Positions 10,173 to 18,935 of a DNA stretch of 64,000 nt are shown piece by piece. A program made the position numbers and the translations under genes. Position 1 is the stretch's first letter. Every line of letters starts with the position of its first letter. Source of the stretch: Eubacteriales bacterium (GTDB lineage: Bacteria > Bacillota > Clostridia > Oscillospirales > CAG-272); NCBI GenBank assembly GCA_045533675.1, contig JAZSIF010000031.1:11634-75633 (forward strand), given 5' to 3'. The notes beneath the pieces are model-generated. The model was not told the DNA's origin and ran no database searches. It saw only the letters and a program-made list of their open reading frames with translations.

Positions 10173-10201
10173 TTGACATTTTATTTTGATTATGATATAA
10201 T
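10173..10201 (+). promoter_or_regulatory. Consensus sigma-A promoter for the 10.3-13.2 kb operon
   Basis: Perfect TTGACA (10173-10178), 17-nt spacer, perfect TATAAT (10196-10201). Confidence 0.55.
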
Positions 10202-10294
10202 GAAGTATATTATAAATTCATATATTGGGCAAGGACCGATTTTGACGGTTTTGTGTCAAAAAAATAATGAAAAACAGTATGATGAGGTGTGTGT

Positions 10295-10948
10295 ATGAGT
10301 CAAAATAAGTTGAAGATGATATTCGGAGGCGGAATGATCGTCTCGGCAGTGCTTGCGCTTGTTCTTTTCTTGATTGGTGTGCTTTCGGTGGAGAATTTTA
10401 CTTTCTTGAAGGTGATGCTTATTGTTGTTTCGTTTATCTGTCTGCTTCTTGCGGTCGAATTTCTCCTTATGTTTTTGTCTGAGAGAGACAGCGCTCCCAA
10501 TTTCTTCCTATACAACGCACAAAGCGGAAGAAATATTCCGATTCAAAAGATGAGCTTCCAGATCGTAAATGGGCGTATGAATCGTTACCTTTCCTGTTAT
10601 GCTGCCAGTGAGGGTAAGCTGTGGACTGATCGCGTGTTCGATAATCCTTATTTGGAAATGGAAGATAAATTCAAGCCGGCAGTAGCGTACAAGCTTTTAT
10701 ACGATCTTGCGGAAAGAGATGCGGAACCTGGTTGGAAATGCTTTGAGATGGCATCTGAGGAGACGGTTGACTTCTTGTGCAATGCTTTGGAAGCCAATGC
10801 GGATATGGATATGGCGAGAACCATTCGTACCATGAAGCACTCCAAGCCTATCAATATGAAACAGGTAAGAGATTATATCGTGAACAACAGAAATTATCTA
10901 AAGAGTAAGCTCTACCGCTACGTGTATGATCATATTCAACTGTTTTGA
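10295..10948 (+). CDS. Hypothetical membrane protein (two N-terminal TM helices plus a soluble domain)
   Basis: GAGGTG ribosome-binding site before the ATG at 10295. Two hydrophobic helices within the first ~65 aa. No family recognised. Confidence 0.6.
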   Translation: MSQNKLKMIFGGGMIVSAVLALVLFLIGVLSVENFTFLKVMLIVVSFICLLLAVEFLLMFLSERDSAPNFFLYNAQSGRNIPIQKMSFQIVNGRMNRYLSCYAASEGKLWTDRVFDNPYLEMEDKFKPAVAYKLLYDLAERDAEPGWKCFEMASEETVDFLCNALEANADMDMARTIRTMKHSKPINMKQVRDYIVNNRNYLKSKLYRYVYDHIQLF

Positions 10949-11036
10949 TCCCGGTTGTGGCATAAATACAAAACCATGTCGCTTTGTGGCATGGTTTTGC
11001 CATTCATAAGCGTTTTTGATAAAGGAGGGAGAAGGA

Positions 11037-11750
11037 ATGTTTTGTATTGAAATGGCAAATTTATCGATCCGAATTTGTAATCAATACCATTATGTTCGTT
11101 ATCTTTGCAGGGACTATATCGTTCCTTACGTGGAAACTCCCGACTTGGTGGTCAGTGTTACAGAACAAGAAATTCAAGAGGAAATTGCTGTTTCGGAATG
11201 TTATGCCACACCTGATTATGCGGAGAGCGTTTGTATGTATCGAAAGATATGTCAACAGCTTCCGTTATTGTTTCAGGCTTTTTTGATGCATTGCGCAGTG
11301 ATTGAGTATGAAGGACAAGGATATGCCTTTGCCGCCGCAAGCGGAACAGGAAAATCCACGCATATATCCTTGTGGCAAAAAAAGTTTGGCGAGGGTGTTC
11401 GGATTATCAACGGCGATAAGCCCATTATGAGATTTGTCGAAGATCGTTTGTATGCGTATGGCACACCCTGGTGTGGTAAAGAAGGATATAATATAAATGC
11501 TTCGGTTCCTTTAAAGGCTCTATGCTTTTTAGAACGGGATACTACGAATCGGATTTCCCGAATCACTCCTAAGGAAGCGGTAACTCGTGTGTTTCATCAG
11601 GTTTTGACTCCCTCGGACGTGGAAACCTTGGATGCTTTTCTTCCATTATTGGATCGGATGCTTCGGGAGGTTCCGTGTTACGTTTTGGGGTGCAATATTT
11701 CTGAAGAGGCTGCGGAGGTTTCCTATCGGGGAATGAGTGTGGATAATTAA
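11037..11750 (+). CDS. HPr-kinase-C-terminal-like P-loop protein (putative peptide/protein kinase)
   Basis: AGGAGGG ribosome-binding site before the ATG at 11037. P-loop AASGTGKSTH followed by INGDKP...GTPWCG, resembling HprK-related kinases found next to PqqD genes. Confidence 0.6.
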   Translation: MFCIEMANLSIRICNQYHYVRYLCRDYIVPYVETPDLVVSVTEQEIQEEIAVSECYATPDYAESVCMYRKICQQLPLLFQAFLMHCAVIEYEGQGYAFAAASGTGKSTHISLWQKKFGEGVRIINGDKPIMRFVEDRLYAYGTPWCGKEGYNINASVPLKALCFLERDTTNRISRITPKEAVTRVFHQVLTPSDVETLDAFLPLLDRMLREVPCYVLGCNISEEAAEVSYRGMSVDN

Positions 11751-11771
11751 GAGAATAAAAGAGGAACGGAT

Positions 11772-12035
11772 ATGAAGATAAGGGAAGGTTTTGTAGTTCG
11801 TGAGATTGCCGGTGAGAGCGTTGTGATTGCTTTGGGAAAGGCAAGTCAAATTTTTAATGGCATGATCAAATTGAATGAGACGGGAAGAGTGATTTGGGAT
11901 GGCTTGGTTGCTGGGAAGGATCGGGATCAGATTGTGGATTCCATGCTTTTGGAATATGATGTGGAGCGTTCAGTGCTTGAGACTGACTTTGAAAAATTTA
12001 TTTCTGTCTTAAGAGGAGCAAATATTCTTGAATAA
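11772..12035 (+). CDS. PqqD-family protein (RiPP recognition element-like)
   Basis: 87 aa. The pattern VVREIAGESVVI...IKLNETGRVIWDGL...DQIVDSMLLEYDV...LETDFEKFISVLRGANILE is typical of PqqD/RRE domains. Confidence 0.8.
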   Translation: MKIREGFVVREIAGESVVIALGKASQIFNGMIKLNETGRVIWDGLVAGKDRDQIVDSMLLEYDVERSVLETDFEKFISVLRGANILE

Positions 12036-12510
12036 CGAAGAAATTTATCTGTCGGATGCTATTGATTTGATCGAAGAAGTGCTGTCCAGCGGCGGGGAAT
12101 TTCGTTTGGTCCCCAAGGGAACCAGTATGCTTCCTTTGTTGGTTCAGGGAAAAGACTCAGTTGTGTTGAAAAGAAGCACGGACTTACTGCTAAAAAAGCA
12201 TGATATTGCATTCTATCGCAGAACAAACGGTCAGTTTGTGTTGCATCGTGTGATGAAAATTGAGAAAAACGGAACGTATACAATGTGTGGAGACAATCAG
12301 TTTGTATTGGAAAAAGGAATTTTGCCACAACAGATCATTGGCTACGTGAGCGAAATATATAAGGAAGGAAAGCCAAGAAGGCTATCATCCTTGCGGTACC
12401 GAATATATGTATTCTTTTGGACCTTTATGCCGTATCGAAAGGCGGTCCGATTCCCAAAGAGAGTGATTTTCGCGCTGAAACGGAAATGGCTTGGAAATAA
12501 ACAAAGATGA
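12028..12510 (+). CDS. S24/S26-family peptidase homologue, SipW/Sec11 (Ser-His) type, without an N-terminal membrane anchor
   Basis: TTG start with a GAGGAG ribosome-binding site and an 8-nt overlap with the PqqD gene. Motifs GTSMLPLL, HDIAFY, VLHRV and CGDNQ match the SipW-type box order. Confidence 0.7.
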   Translation: MNNEEIYLSDAIDLIEEVLSSGGEFRLVPKGTSMLPLLVQGKDSVVLKRSTDLLLKKHDIAFYRRTNGQFVLHRVMKIEKNGTYTMCGDNQFVLEKGILPQQIIGYVSEIYKEGKPRRLSSLRYRIYVFFWTFMPYRKAVRFPKRVIFALKRKWLGNKQR

Positions 12511-12578
12511 GTTTTTCCATTCGTATGCCGCAGAAGGACACAAAACGTCTTTTTGCGGCACTTTTTAGGAGGGATGTA

Positions 12579-13238
12579 ATGGTAACCTATGAAATGATTA
12601 AAAAGAGCGAAGATGTGCGTGAATATATTCGACGAGCGGATGAATCTTTGATCTCGCTAGGATATACGGAGCATAGCTTCGCACACGTAGGGCGGGTTGC
12701 TTCGACGGTAGAGTATATTTTGAAGACCATGGGATATTCAGAGCATGATATAGAGCTTGGAAAGATTGCGGCATATTTACACGATATCGGAAATTTGGTG
12801 AATCGTGTGGATCACTCGCAAAGCGGTGGTGTTATGGCGTTCCGTATTTTGGATCGGATGGGAATGGACCCTGCGGATATTGCTGTCATTGTATCGGCAA
12901 TTGGAAACCACGATGAAGGAACCGGCGTTCCCGTGCACCCGATTGCCGCTGCCTTGATTTTGTCGGATAAATCCGATGTAAGAAGAAGCAGAGTGAGAAA
13001 CCGTGATGTATCCACTTTCGATATTCATGATAGAGTAAATTATTCCGTAACTGAATCCAATCTTTCGATTTCAAAGGACAAAACAGAAATTTGCCTGAAA
13101 TTGTCGATTGAAACCAAATACAGTGCCGTCATGGATTATTTTGAAATTTTCTTGAATCGGATGATCATGTGCAGGAAAGCAGCTGAACGATTGGGAATGA
13201 AATTTTCACTGCAGATCAATAACCAGATTCTTTTATAA
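12579..13238 (+). CDS. HD-domain phosphohydrolase
   Basis: H...HD motif (HSFAHV, AAYLHDIGN) plus GNHDEG. A strong AGGAGGG ribosome-binding site precedes the ATG at 12579. A longer form from 12507 would overlap the peptidase stop (ATGA). Confidence 0.8.
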   Translation: MVTYEMIKKSEDVREYIRRADESLISLGYTEHSFAHVGRVASTVEYILKTMGYSEHDIELGKIAAYLHDIGNLVNRVDHSQSGGVMAFRILDRMGMDPADIAVIVSAIGNHDEGTGVPVHPIAAALILSDKSDVRRSRVRNRDVSTFDIHDRVNYSVTESNLSISKDKTEICLKLSIETKYSAVMDYFEIFLNRMIMCRKAAERLGMKFSLQINNQILL

Positions 13239-13254
13239 AATTTAAAATTAACTA

Positions 13255-13283
13255 TTGACAACGAGGCTTTAGTGTGTTATCAT
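13255..13283 (+). promoter_or_regulatory. Sigma-A promoter candidate for the yerC-his operon
   Basis: TTGACA (13255-13260), 17 nt, TATCAT (13278-13283). Confidence 0.55.
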
Positions 13284-13316
13284 GTTAAAGTATTAAAGTA
13301 TTTGCGAGGGGAAATT

Positions 13317-13610
13317 ATGGATTTTATCGAAAATGAAGGATATCGTTTGTTGGTGCAGGCATTGATATCCATTGAAAATGAAGAGGAATGCCGTCGATTT
13401 TTGGACGATCTCATGACCCGAAAGGAACTTGCGGATATTGCGCAACGTATGCTGGTTGTGAAAATGCTTTCCGAACAATCGGTCTATAACCGAATTGTGG
13501 AGGAGACAGGAGCCAGTACGGCTACAATCAGCCGTGTCAATCGCGCGTATTTATACGGAACGGGTGGATATGCGGATATGCTCGCAAAGATCAAGGAGGA
13601 GACAAAATGA
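13317..13610 (+). CDS. yerC: YerC/YecD-family TrpR-like DNA-binding protein (candidate histidine regulator)
   Basis: ECRRFLDDLMTRKELADIAQR...ETGASTATISRVNRAY is the TrpR-like HTH typical of YerC. GAGGGG ribosome-binding site. The stop overlaps the hisZ start (ATGA). Confidence 0.8.
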   Translation: MDFIENEGYRLLVQALISIENEEECRRFLDDLMTRKELADIAQRMLVVKMLSEQSVYNRIVEETGASTATISRVNRAYLYGTGGYADMLAKIKEETK

Positions 13611-14734
13611 TATTTTCGGACGGTGTGTTTAACAACAATGAAAAAGCAATTTACAAGTTAAGAGAGCTTTATCGGAAGTCAGGCTATACACTGTATAAAG
13701 TTAGTAAATTTGAAGAATACGACCTCTATGCGCACAATAAAAATTTCTTGGTCAGTCAAAACGTTCTGACCTTTACGGATACCAATGGCAAACTGTTGGC
13801 ATTGAAGCCGGACGTAACGCTTTCTATTATAAAGAATATTGTCGATCAAAGCGGAATTACCTACAAGCTTTGCTATAACGAAACGGTCTATCGTACTTCT
13901 TCAGAAAGCGATGGCTTCCGTGAGATTATGCAGACAGGGCTCGAATGCATTGGGGAGGTAGATCGTTATTGCGAAGGCGAAGTGATTATGCTTGCCATGA
14001 AGAGCTTGGAGACCATTAGCAATGATTACGTTCTTGGACTTTCTCATAGAGGAATGATTGACGGCCTTTTAGATCAAACCGATTGGGATGCTTCCGAGCG
14101 TTTGGAATTCGTTCGTTTGCTTGAAAGCAAAAATGTTCATGCAATTCGAACACTTTGCGATCAAACGCAAACCGATTCTTTCTTAAAAGAGAAACTTTGC
14201 CAAATTACGGAGTTATATGCTCCGATCAAGGATGCACTGACTGTGCTGAATGGTATGGTGATCGGTGACAAAATGAAAAAAGCCGTTGGAAACTTGAAGG
14301 AGCTATGTGAAATCCTTTCTACCTACGGATTGGCAGAGAAGCTCTATTTAGATTTCTCGATTGTCAGCGATGATAACTACTACGATGGTATTAGCTTTAA
14401 GGGCTATATTAACGGAATCCCTGAAAGTGTTCTTTCAGGCGGACGGTATGATCGTTTGATGAATCGTCTTGGAAAAAAATGCGGAGCGATTGGATTTGCC
14501 GTTTATCTGGATCATTTGGAGCGTTTTGAAGCAGAGTCCTCCTTATACGATGTGGATGCGGTCTTACTATATGATGCGGATGCCTGCGTTGACGATCTTT
14601 TACGTGCGCAGAGGAAGCTTTCTTTGGAATATTCGAATGTCATAACTGCAAGGGGGATCGATCGCAGTCTCCGCAGCCGTAAATTGTTTAAACTCACAAA
14701 GGGAGGCATAGAGAGCCTTGAAACCAATGATTAA
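13607..14734 (+). CDS. hisZ: ATP phosphoribosyltransferase regulatory subunit
   Basis: Class-II HisRS-like catalytic core without an anticodon-binding domain. Lies immediately upstream of a short-form hisG. Confidence 0.85.
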   Translation: MIFSDGVFNNNEKAIYKLRELYRKSGYTLYKVSKFEEYDLYAHNKNFLVSQNVLTFTDTNGKLLALKPDVTLSIIKNIVDQSGITYKLCYNETVYRTSSESDGFREIMQTGLECIGEVDRYCEGEVIMLAMKSLETISNDYVLGLSHRGMIDGLLDQTDWDASERLEFVRLLESKNVHAIRTLCDQTQTDSFLKEKLCQITELYAPIKDALTVLNGMVIGDKMKKAVGNLKELCEILSTYGLAEKLYLDFSIVSDDNYYDGISFKGYINGIPESVLSGGRYDRLMNRLGKKCGAIGFAVYLDHLERFEAESSLYDVDAVLLYDADACVDDLLRAQRKLSLEYSNVITARGIDRSLRSRKLFKLTKGGIESLETND

Positions 14735-15356
14735 TATTGCGCTTCCGAAAGGAAGATTGGGAGAAAAAGCCTATCGGGTATTTGAAGAGGCTGGATTTGA
14801 ATGTCCTTCGATCCATAAGGAGAGCAGAAAACTGATTTTTGAGAACCAGGAAAAGGGTGTGCGTTATTTTTGGGTAAAGCCATCCGATGTAGTCATTTAC
14901 GTAGAACGGGGAGCTGCGGACATTGGAATTGCGGGGAAGGATATCCTTCTCGAATATTCTCCCGATATTTATGAACTGGCAGACCTTGGAATGGGAAAAT
15001 GCAGGATGGCGGTCGCGGCAAAGAAGGATTTTTGCGACCGTCGAGATCACACCTTGAGAGTGGCAACGAAATTTCCCAATATCGCCAGGAATTATTATGC
15101 GTCCTTGAGCAGAGAGATTGACATTATTAAACTGAACGGATCAATCGAGCTCGCTCCGATTCTTGGGTTGTCGGACGTAATTGTGGATATTGTTGAGACG
15201 GGTAAAACCTTGTTGGAAAACGATCTTGAACCCAAGAGCGATATTGTGAATATAAGTGCAAGATTGGTAGCCAATAAGGCAAGCTACAAATTTAAAAATG
15301 AAAGTATTAGAACGATTTGTAATGAGATCAATCGGATCTTGCAGAGCAAGAACTAA
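14718..15356 (+). CDS. hisG: ATP phosphoribosyltransferase (short form)
   Basis: MINIALPKGRL N-terminus and VDIVETGKTL motif. The start is either the TTG at 14718 or the ATG at 14727. Confidence 0.9.
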   Translation: MKPMINIALPKGRLGEKAYRVFEEAGFECPSIHKESRKLIFENQEKGVRYFWVKPSDVVIYVERGAADIGIAGKDILLEYSPDIYELADLGMGKCRMAVAAKKDFCDRRDHTLRVATKFPNIARNYYASLSREIDIIKLNGSIELAPILGLSDVIVDIVETGKTLLENDLEPKSDIVNISARLVANKASYKFKNESIRTICNEINRILQSKN

Positions 15357-15376
15357 GCATCAGTCGGGAGGAAAAC

Positions 15377-16654
15377 ATGATACGTACATTTCGATACAAT
15401 GAAATTGATCGCTCCGAGATTTTTTCTCGTGATCTCAGTAGCACAAAGCATGTGGAGTCTACGGTTACGGAAATTATCAATCAAGTGAAGGAGCGCAAGG
15501 ATGCCGCTCTATATGAATACTGTGAGAAGTTTGATAAAGCGGTGTTGTCTTCCTTGCAGGTATCGGATGAGGAAATCGAGGAGGCGGTAGCTTCTGTTGA
15601 TCCTAAATTTCTCGAAATTTTAGAAAAAGCGGCGAAGAATATTCATTCGTTTCATTCCAGACAGGTTCGCAACAGCTTTATGATTAACGATAAAGAAGGA
15701 GTCGTGATCGGTCAGAAGATCCTTCCCATTGAAAAAGTTGGTCTATATGTTCCCGGTGGAACGGCTGCATATCCGTCCTCGGTGTTAATGAACTGCATTC
15801 CGGCGAAGATCGCGGGATGCAAGGAAATCGTGATGGTAACCCCTCCTTCGAAGGATGGATCGGTCAATCCCGTTATTTTGGCTGCGGCTAAAATCGGTGG
15901 AGTGAAAAAGGTCTTTAAGGTTGGTGGAGCGCAAGCGATTGCCGCTTTGGCTTATGGAACCGAAACGATTCCTGCCGTAGATAAAATTGTTGGTCCCGGA
16001 AACGCGTTTGTTGCTGAGGCAAAGAAGCAGGTGTTTGGCAAGGTTGCTATTGATATGATTGCGGGGCCCAGTGAAATATTGGTCATTGCTGATGGGACCT
16101 GTAATCCAATTTACGTTGCCGCGGATCTGCTTTCTCAGGCAGAACACGATCGAATGGCAAGTGCGGTCCTTGTTACCGATTCGGAAGGGCTTGCACAAGG
16201 TGTCGCGCAAGAATTGGAGAGACAGATCCCTCTGCTTACCCGTCAGGAGATCGCAAGAACCTCCATTGATAACAATGGAAAGATCATTATTACCGAGAGC
16301 ATTGCTCAAGCAGTAGATGTGGCAAACAGTATCGCTCCCGAGCATCTTGAAATCTGTGTGGATGATCCTTTCCGTTACTTGGATCAGATCAAGCATGCTG
16401 GTTCCATCTTTATGGGTAAGTATTGTCCAGAAGCTCTTGGGGACTACCTTGCGGGACCGAACCACACACTTCCTACCAGTGGAACTGCTCGATTTTCCAG
16501 TCCGCTCTCGGTAGATGATTTTGTGAAGAAAACACAGTTTACTTATTATACGGAAGATGCCCTGAGAGCGGTCAGCCGTGATATTCATTTTTTTGCTAAC
16601 CAGGAAGGTCTTGGGGCACACGCAAAGAGTGCAGTGATTCGTTTTGATGAATAA
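15377..16654 (+). CDS. hisD: Histidinol dehydrogenase
   Basis: Full-length HisD; motifs GPGNAFV, SQAEHD and APEHLE. Confidence 0.95.
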   Translation: MIRTFRYNEIDRSEIFSRDLSSTKHVESTVTEIINQVKERKDAALYEYCEKFDKAVLSSLQVSDEEIEEAVASVDPKFLEILEKAAKNIHSFHSRQVRNSFMINDKEGVVIGQKILPIEKVGLYVPGGTAAYPSSVLMNCIPAKIAGCKEIVMVTPPSKDGSVNPVILAAAKIGGVKKVFKVGGAQAIAALAYGTETIPAVDKIVGPGNAFVAEAKKQVFGKVAIDMIAGPSEILVIADGTCNPIYVAADLLSQAEHDRMASAVLVTDSEGLAQGVAQELERQIPLLTRQEIARTSIDNNGKIIITESIAQAVDVANSIAPEHLEICVDDPFRYLDQIKHAGSIFMGKYCPEALGDYLAGPNHTLPTSGTARFSSPLSVDDFVKKTQFTYYTEDALRAVSRDIHFFANQEGLGAHAKSAVIRFDE

Positions 16655-16666
16655 TTTGGAGAAACT

Positions 16667-17731
16667 ATGAGTCGTTTTATGAATGCAAAGTATATCGGTC
16701 TGAATGCCTATACTCCGGGTGAACAGCCAACCGATATGCAATATATCAAGTTGAATACCAACGAATCTCCGTTCCCGCCGTCCGAGGGAGTGCTTCGGGC
16801 GATTGATAGAGCGGCAGTTTCACAGTTGAATCTCTATCCTGATCCGACTTGCGGTCGTTTAAAGGAAAAGCTTGCTACCCTCTACGGAGTTAGTAAAGAA
16901 TGTGTGTTTTTATCCAATGGGTCGGATGATATCTTGAATTTTTCTTTTATGGCATTCTTTAATGAAAGCGAGCATCCTGTCCGTTTTCCAAAAATTTCGT
17001 ATGGATTTTATCAAGTATATGCAGATCTTTACGGTATTTCCTATCAGATGATTCCCCTTGCGGAGGATTTCTCCATTCGAGTAGAGGATTATCTTGGCAA
17101 CACGGCAGGTGTTGTGATTGCCAATCCCAATGCCCCAACGGGACTTGCTCTATCCTTGGATGAAATTGAGAAGATTGTTTCCTCTAATCCGGATCATGTG
17201 GTATTGGTGGATGAGGCTTACGTGGATTTCGGAGCGGAATCGGCGATTCGATTGATAGAACGTTATCAAAATTTATTGGTAGTTGGTACTTATTCCAAAT
17301 CCCGTTCTATGGCAGGCGCCAGGCTTGGATTTGCTTTCGGTCATCCCGCGTTGATCTCTGATCTGGAAAAAATTAAATATTCGACCAATCCTTATAATGT
17401 CAATCGTTTGACATTGTTGGCGGGTGAAGCTGCTTTGGATGAAAACGAATATTATATGGGAAATTGCAGAACTGTCGCAACAATACGTGATGACACACAG
17501 ACAAGGTTGAGGGAATTAGGATTCATGTGCACCGATTCGAAAGCGAATTTTATTTTTGCTAAGAGCCCTGACGTCGGCGGAAAGGAATTGTATCTTGAAC
17601 TCAAAAAGAGAGGAATTCTTGTTCGTCACTTTGATAACCCCGCAATCTGTGAATACAATCGTATTACAGTAGGGACGAAGGAGCAGATGGATTGTTTGCT
17701 CGAGAAAATTCAATCGATTTTAAAGAGGTAA
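16667..17731 (+). CDS. hisC: Histidinol-phosphate aminotransferase
   Basis: Class-II aminotransferase; the PLP lysine lies in TYSKSRSMAGARLG. Position in the his operon. Confidence 0.9.
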   Translation: MSRFMNAKYIGLNAYTPGEQPTDMQYIKLNTNESPFPPSEGVLRAIDRAAVSQLNLYPDPTCGRLKEKLATLYGVSKECVFLSNGSDDILNFSFMAFFNESEHPVRFPKISYGFYQVYADLYGISYQMIPLAEDFSIRVEDYLGNTAGVVIANPNAPTGLALSLDEIEKIVSSNPDHVVLVDEAYVDFGAESAIRLIERYQNLLVVGTYSKSRSMAGARLGFAFGHPALISDLEKIKYSTNPYNVNRLTLLAGEAALDENEYYMGNCRTVATIRDDTQTRLRELGFMCTDSKANFIFAKSPDVGGKELYLELKKRGILVRHFDNPAICEYNRITVGTKEQMDCLLEKIQSILKR

Positions 17732-17734
17732 TCC

Positions 17735-18325
17735 ATGAGAAATGCACAAATCATAAGAAAAACATCTGAAACTGACATTGTTCTTTCCTTGAATTTGGAT
17801 GGGTGCGGTAAAGCGGACATCCAAACGGGAGTCGGTTTTTTGGATCATATGCTGACCCTGTTTTCGTCACACGGAGGTTTTGATCTGACTGTGATATGCA
17901 AAGGAGACGTAAATGTTGATGACCACCATAGTGTGGAAGATATTGGAATTTGCCTTGGTCAGGCATTTGCCAAGGCACTGGGCGACGGAAAGGGAATTGA
18001 ACGTTACGGTTCCATGATCCTTCCTATGGATGAGGCGTTGATTCTTTGCGCATTGGATGTATCTGGTCGTGATTGTCTCGTTTATCGTTTGCAAATTCCT
18101 ACTGAAAAGGTTGGGACGTTCGATACGGAGCTCGTAGAGGAATTTTTCTCTGCGTTTGTGCGTCACGCCAGAATCTGCTTGCATTTTCAGCAGCTTGAGG
18201 GACGGAACGCGCATCATATCATTGAGGGAGCGTTTAAGGCATTTGCTCACGCAATGGCATCTGCCGTTCGGATTAACCCCGAAAAGGCAAATGTGATTCC
18301 ATCAACAAAGGGGATGCTTGTATGA
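17735..18325 (+). CDS. hisB: Imidazoleglycerol-phosphate dehydratase
   Basis: Motifs GFLDHML, DDHHSVEDIGI and NAHHIIEGAFKAF. Confidence 0.95.
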   Translation: MRNAQIIRKTSETDIVLSLNLDGCGKADIQTGVGFLDHMLTLFSSHGGFDLTVICKGDVNVDDHHSVEDIGICLGQAFAKALGDGKGIERYGSMILPMDEALILCALDVSGRDCLVYRLQIPTEKVGTFDTELVEEFFSAFVRHARICLHFQQLEGRNAHHIIEGAFKAFAHAMASAVRINPEKANVIPSTKGMLV

Positions 18326-18933
18326 TCGCAATTGTGGATTACGGTGTGGGAAATCTTTTTTCTCTGAATAGCTCCTTTCATGCCATTGGTGTGGAGGTTG
18401 TTGTGACATCGGACCCTGAGACGATTCGTTGTTCCGATCGAATTGTTTTGCCGGGGGTGGGGGCTTTTTCCGATGCGGCAAAAAAACTGAGCCAGAGTGG
18501 GCTGGATCAAGTGATTGTGGAAGAGACGAAAAAAGGGAAGCCCTTGCTTGGTATTTGTCTTGGTATGCAGATGCTGTTTGAAAAAAGCTTTGAATACGGA
18601 GAGCATGAAGGACTTGGATTGATTCCCGGTTCGGTTCGTCCGATCAAGGATGTGATCGATGAAGGATTAAAAATCCCGCATATTGGATGGAATCCCCTAC
18701 ATTGGAAGGGAGAGAAAGATATCCTCTTTAAGTATATTGAAGAGGGGGATTGTGTCTATTTCGTGCATTCCTACTATGCGACAAATTGTGAGCCAAATGT
18801 GATTGCAACGGCTGAATATAGCGCTGAGTTGACCGCTGCCGTTCGAAACGGAAACGTATGGGGCGCACAATTTCATCCCGAAAAAAGTGGAGCGGTTGGC
18901 TTGGCAATTTTGAAGGCATTTTGTGAGGTTTAA
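18322..18933 (+). CDS. hisH: Imidazole glycerol phosphate synthase, glutamine amidotransferase subunit
   Basis: GVGAF, the nucleophile elbow GICLGMQ, and FHPEKS. ATGA overlap with hisB. Confidence 0.95.
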   Translation: MIAIVDYGVGNLFSLNSSFHAIGVEVVVTSDPETIRCSDRIVLPGVGAFSDAAKKLSQSGLDQVIVEETKKGKPLLGICLGMQMLFEKSFEYGEHEGLGLIPGSVRPIKDVIDEGLKIPHIGWNPLHWKGEKDILFKYIEEGDCVYFVHSYYATNCEPNVIATAEYSAELTAAVRNGNVWGAQFHPEKSGAVGLAILKAFCEV

Positions 18934-18935
18934 AT

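Noticed and set aside
9982-10179. 65-aa minus-strand ORF in the AT-rich spacer upstream of the cassette
   Set aside because: It has AT-rich, Phe/Ile/Leu-dominated composition and no ribosome-binding site. It overlaps the promoter region and is most likely non-coding.
10200-10298. 32-aa small ORF (MKYIINSYIGQGPILTVLCQKNNEKQYDEVCV) as a possible precursor peptide for the PqqD cassette
   Set aside because: Its ATG lies inside the -10 box of the consensus promoter. It would therefore be upstream of the predicted transcription start. It has no ribosome-binding site.
13239-13316. Possible T-box or attenuator leader for the his operon; also checked upstream of thrC and proC
   Set aside because: The leaders are under 100 nt. 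They lack a specifier hairpin, a T-box sequence, or terminator/antiterminator alternatives.
15785-16741. 318-aa ORF antisense to hisD
   Set aside because: hisD is certain on the plus strand. The antisense product has no motif and no translation signals.
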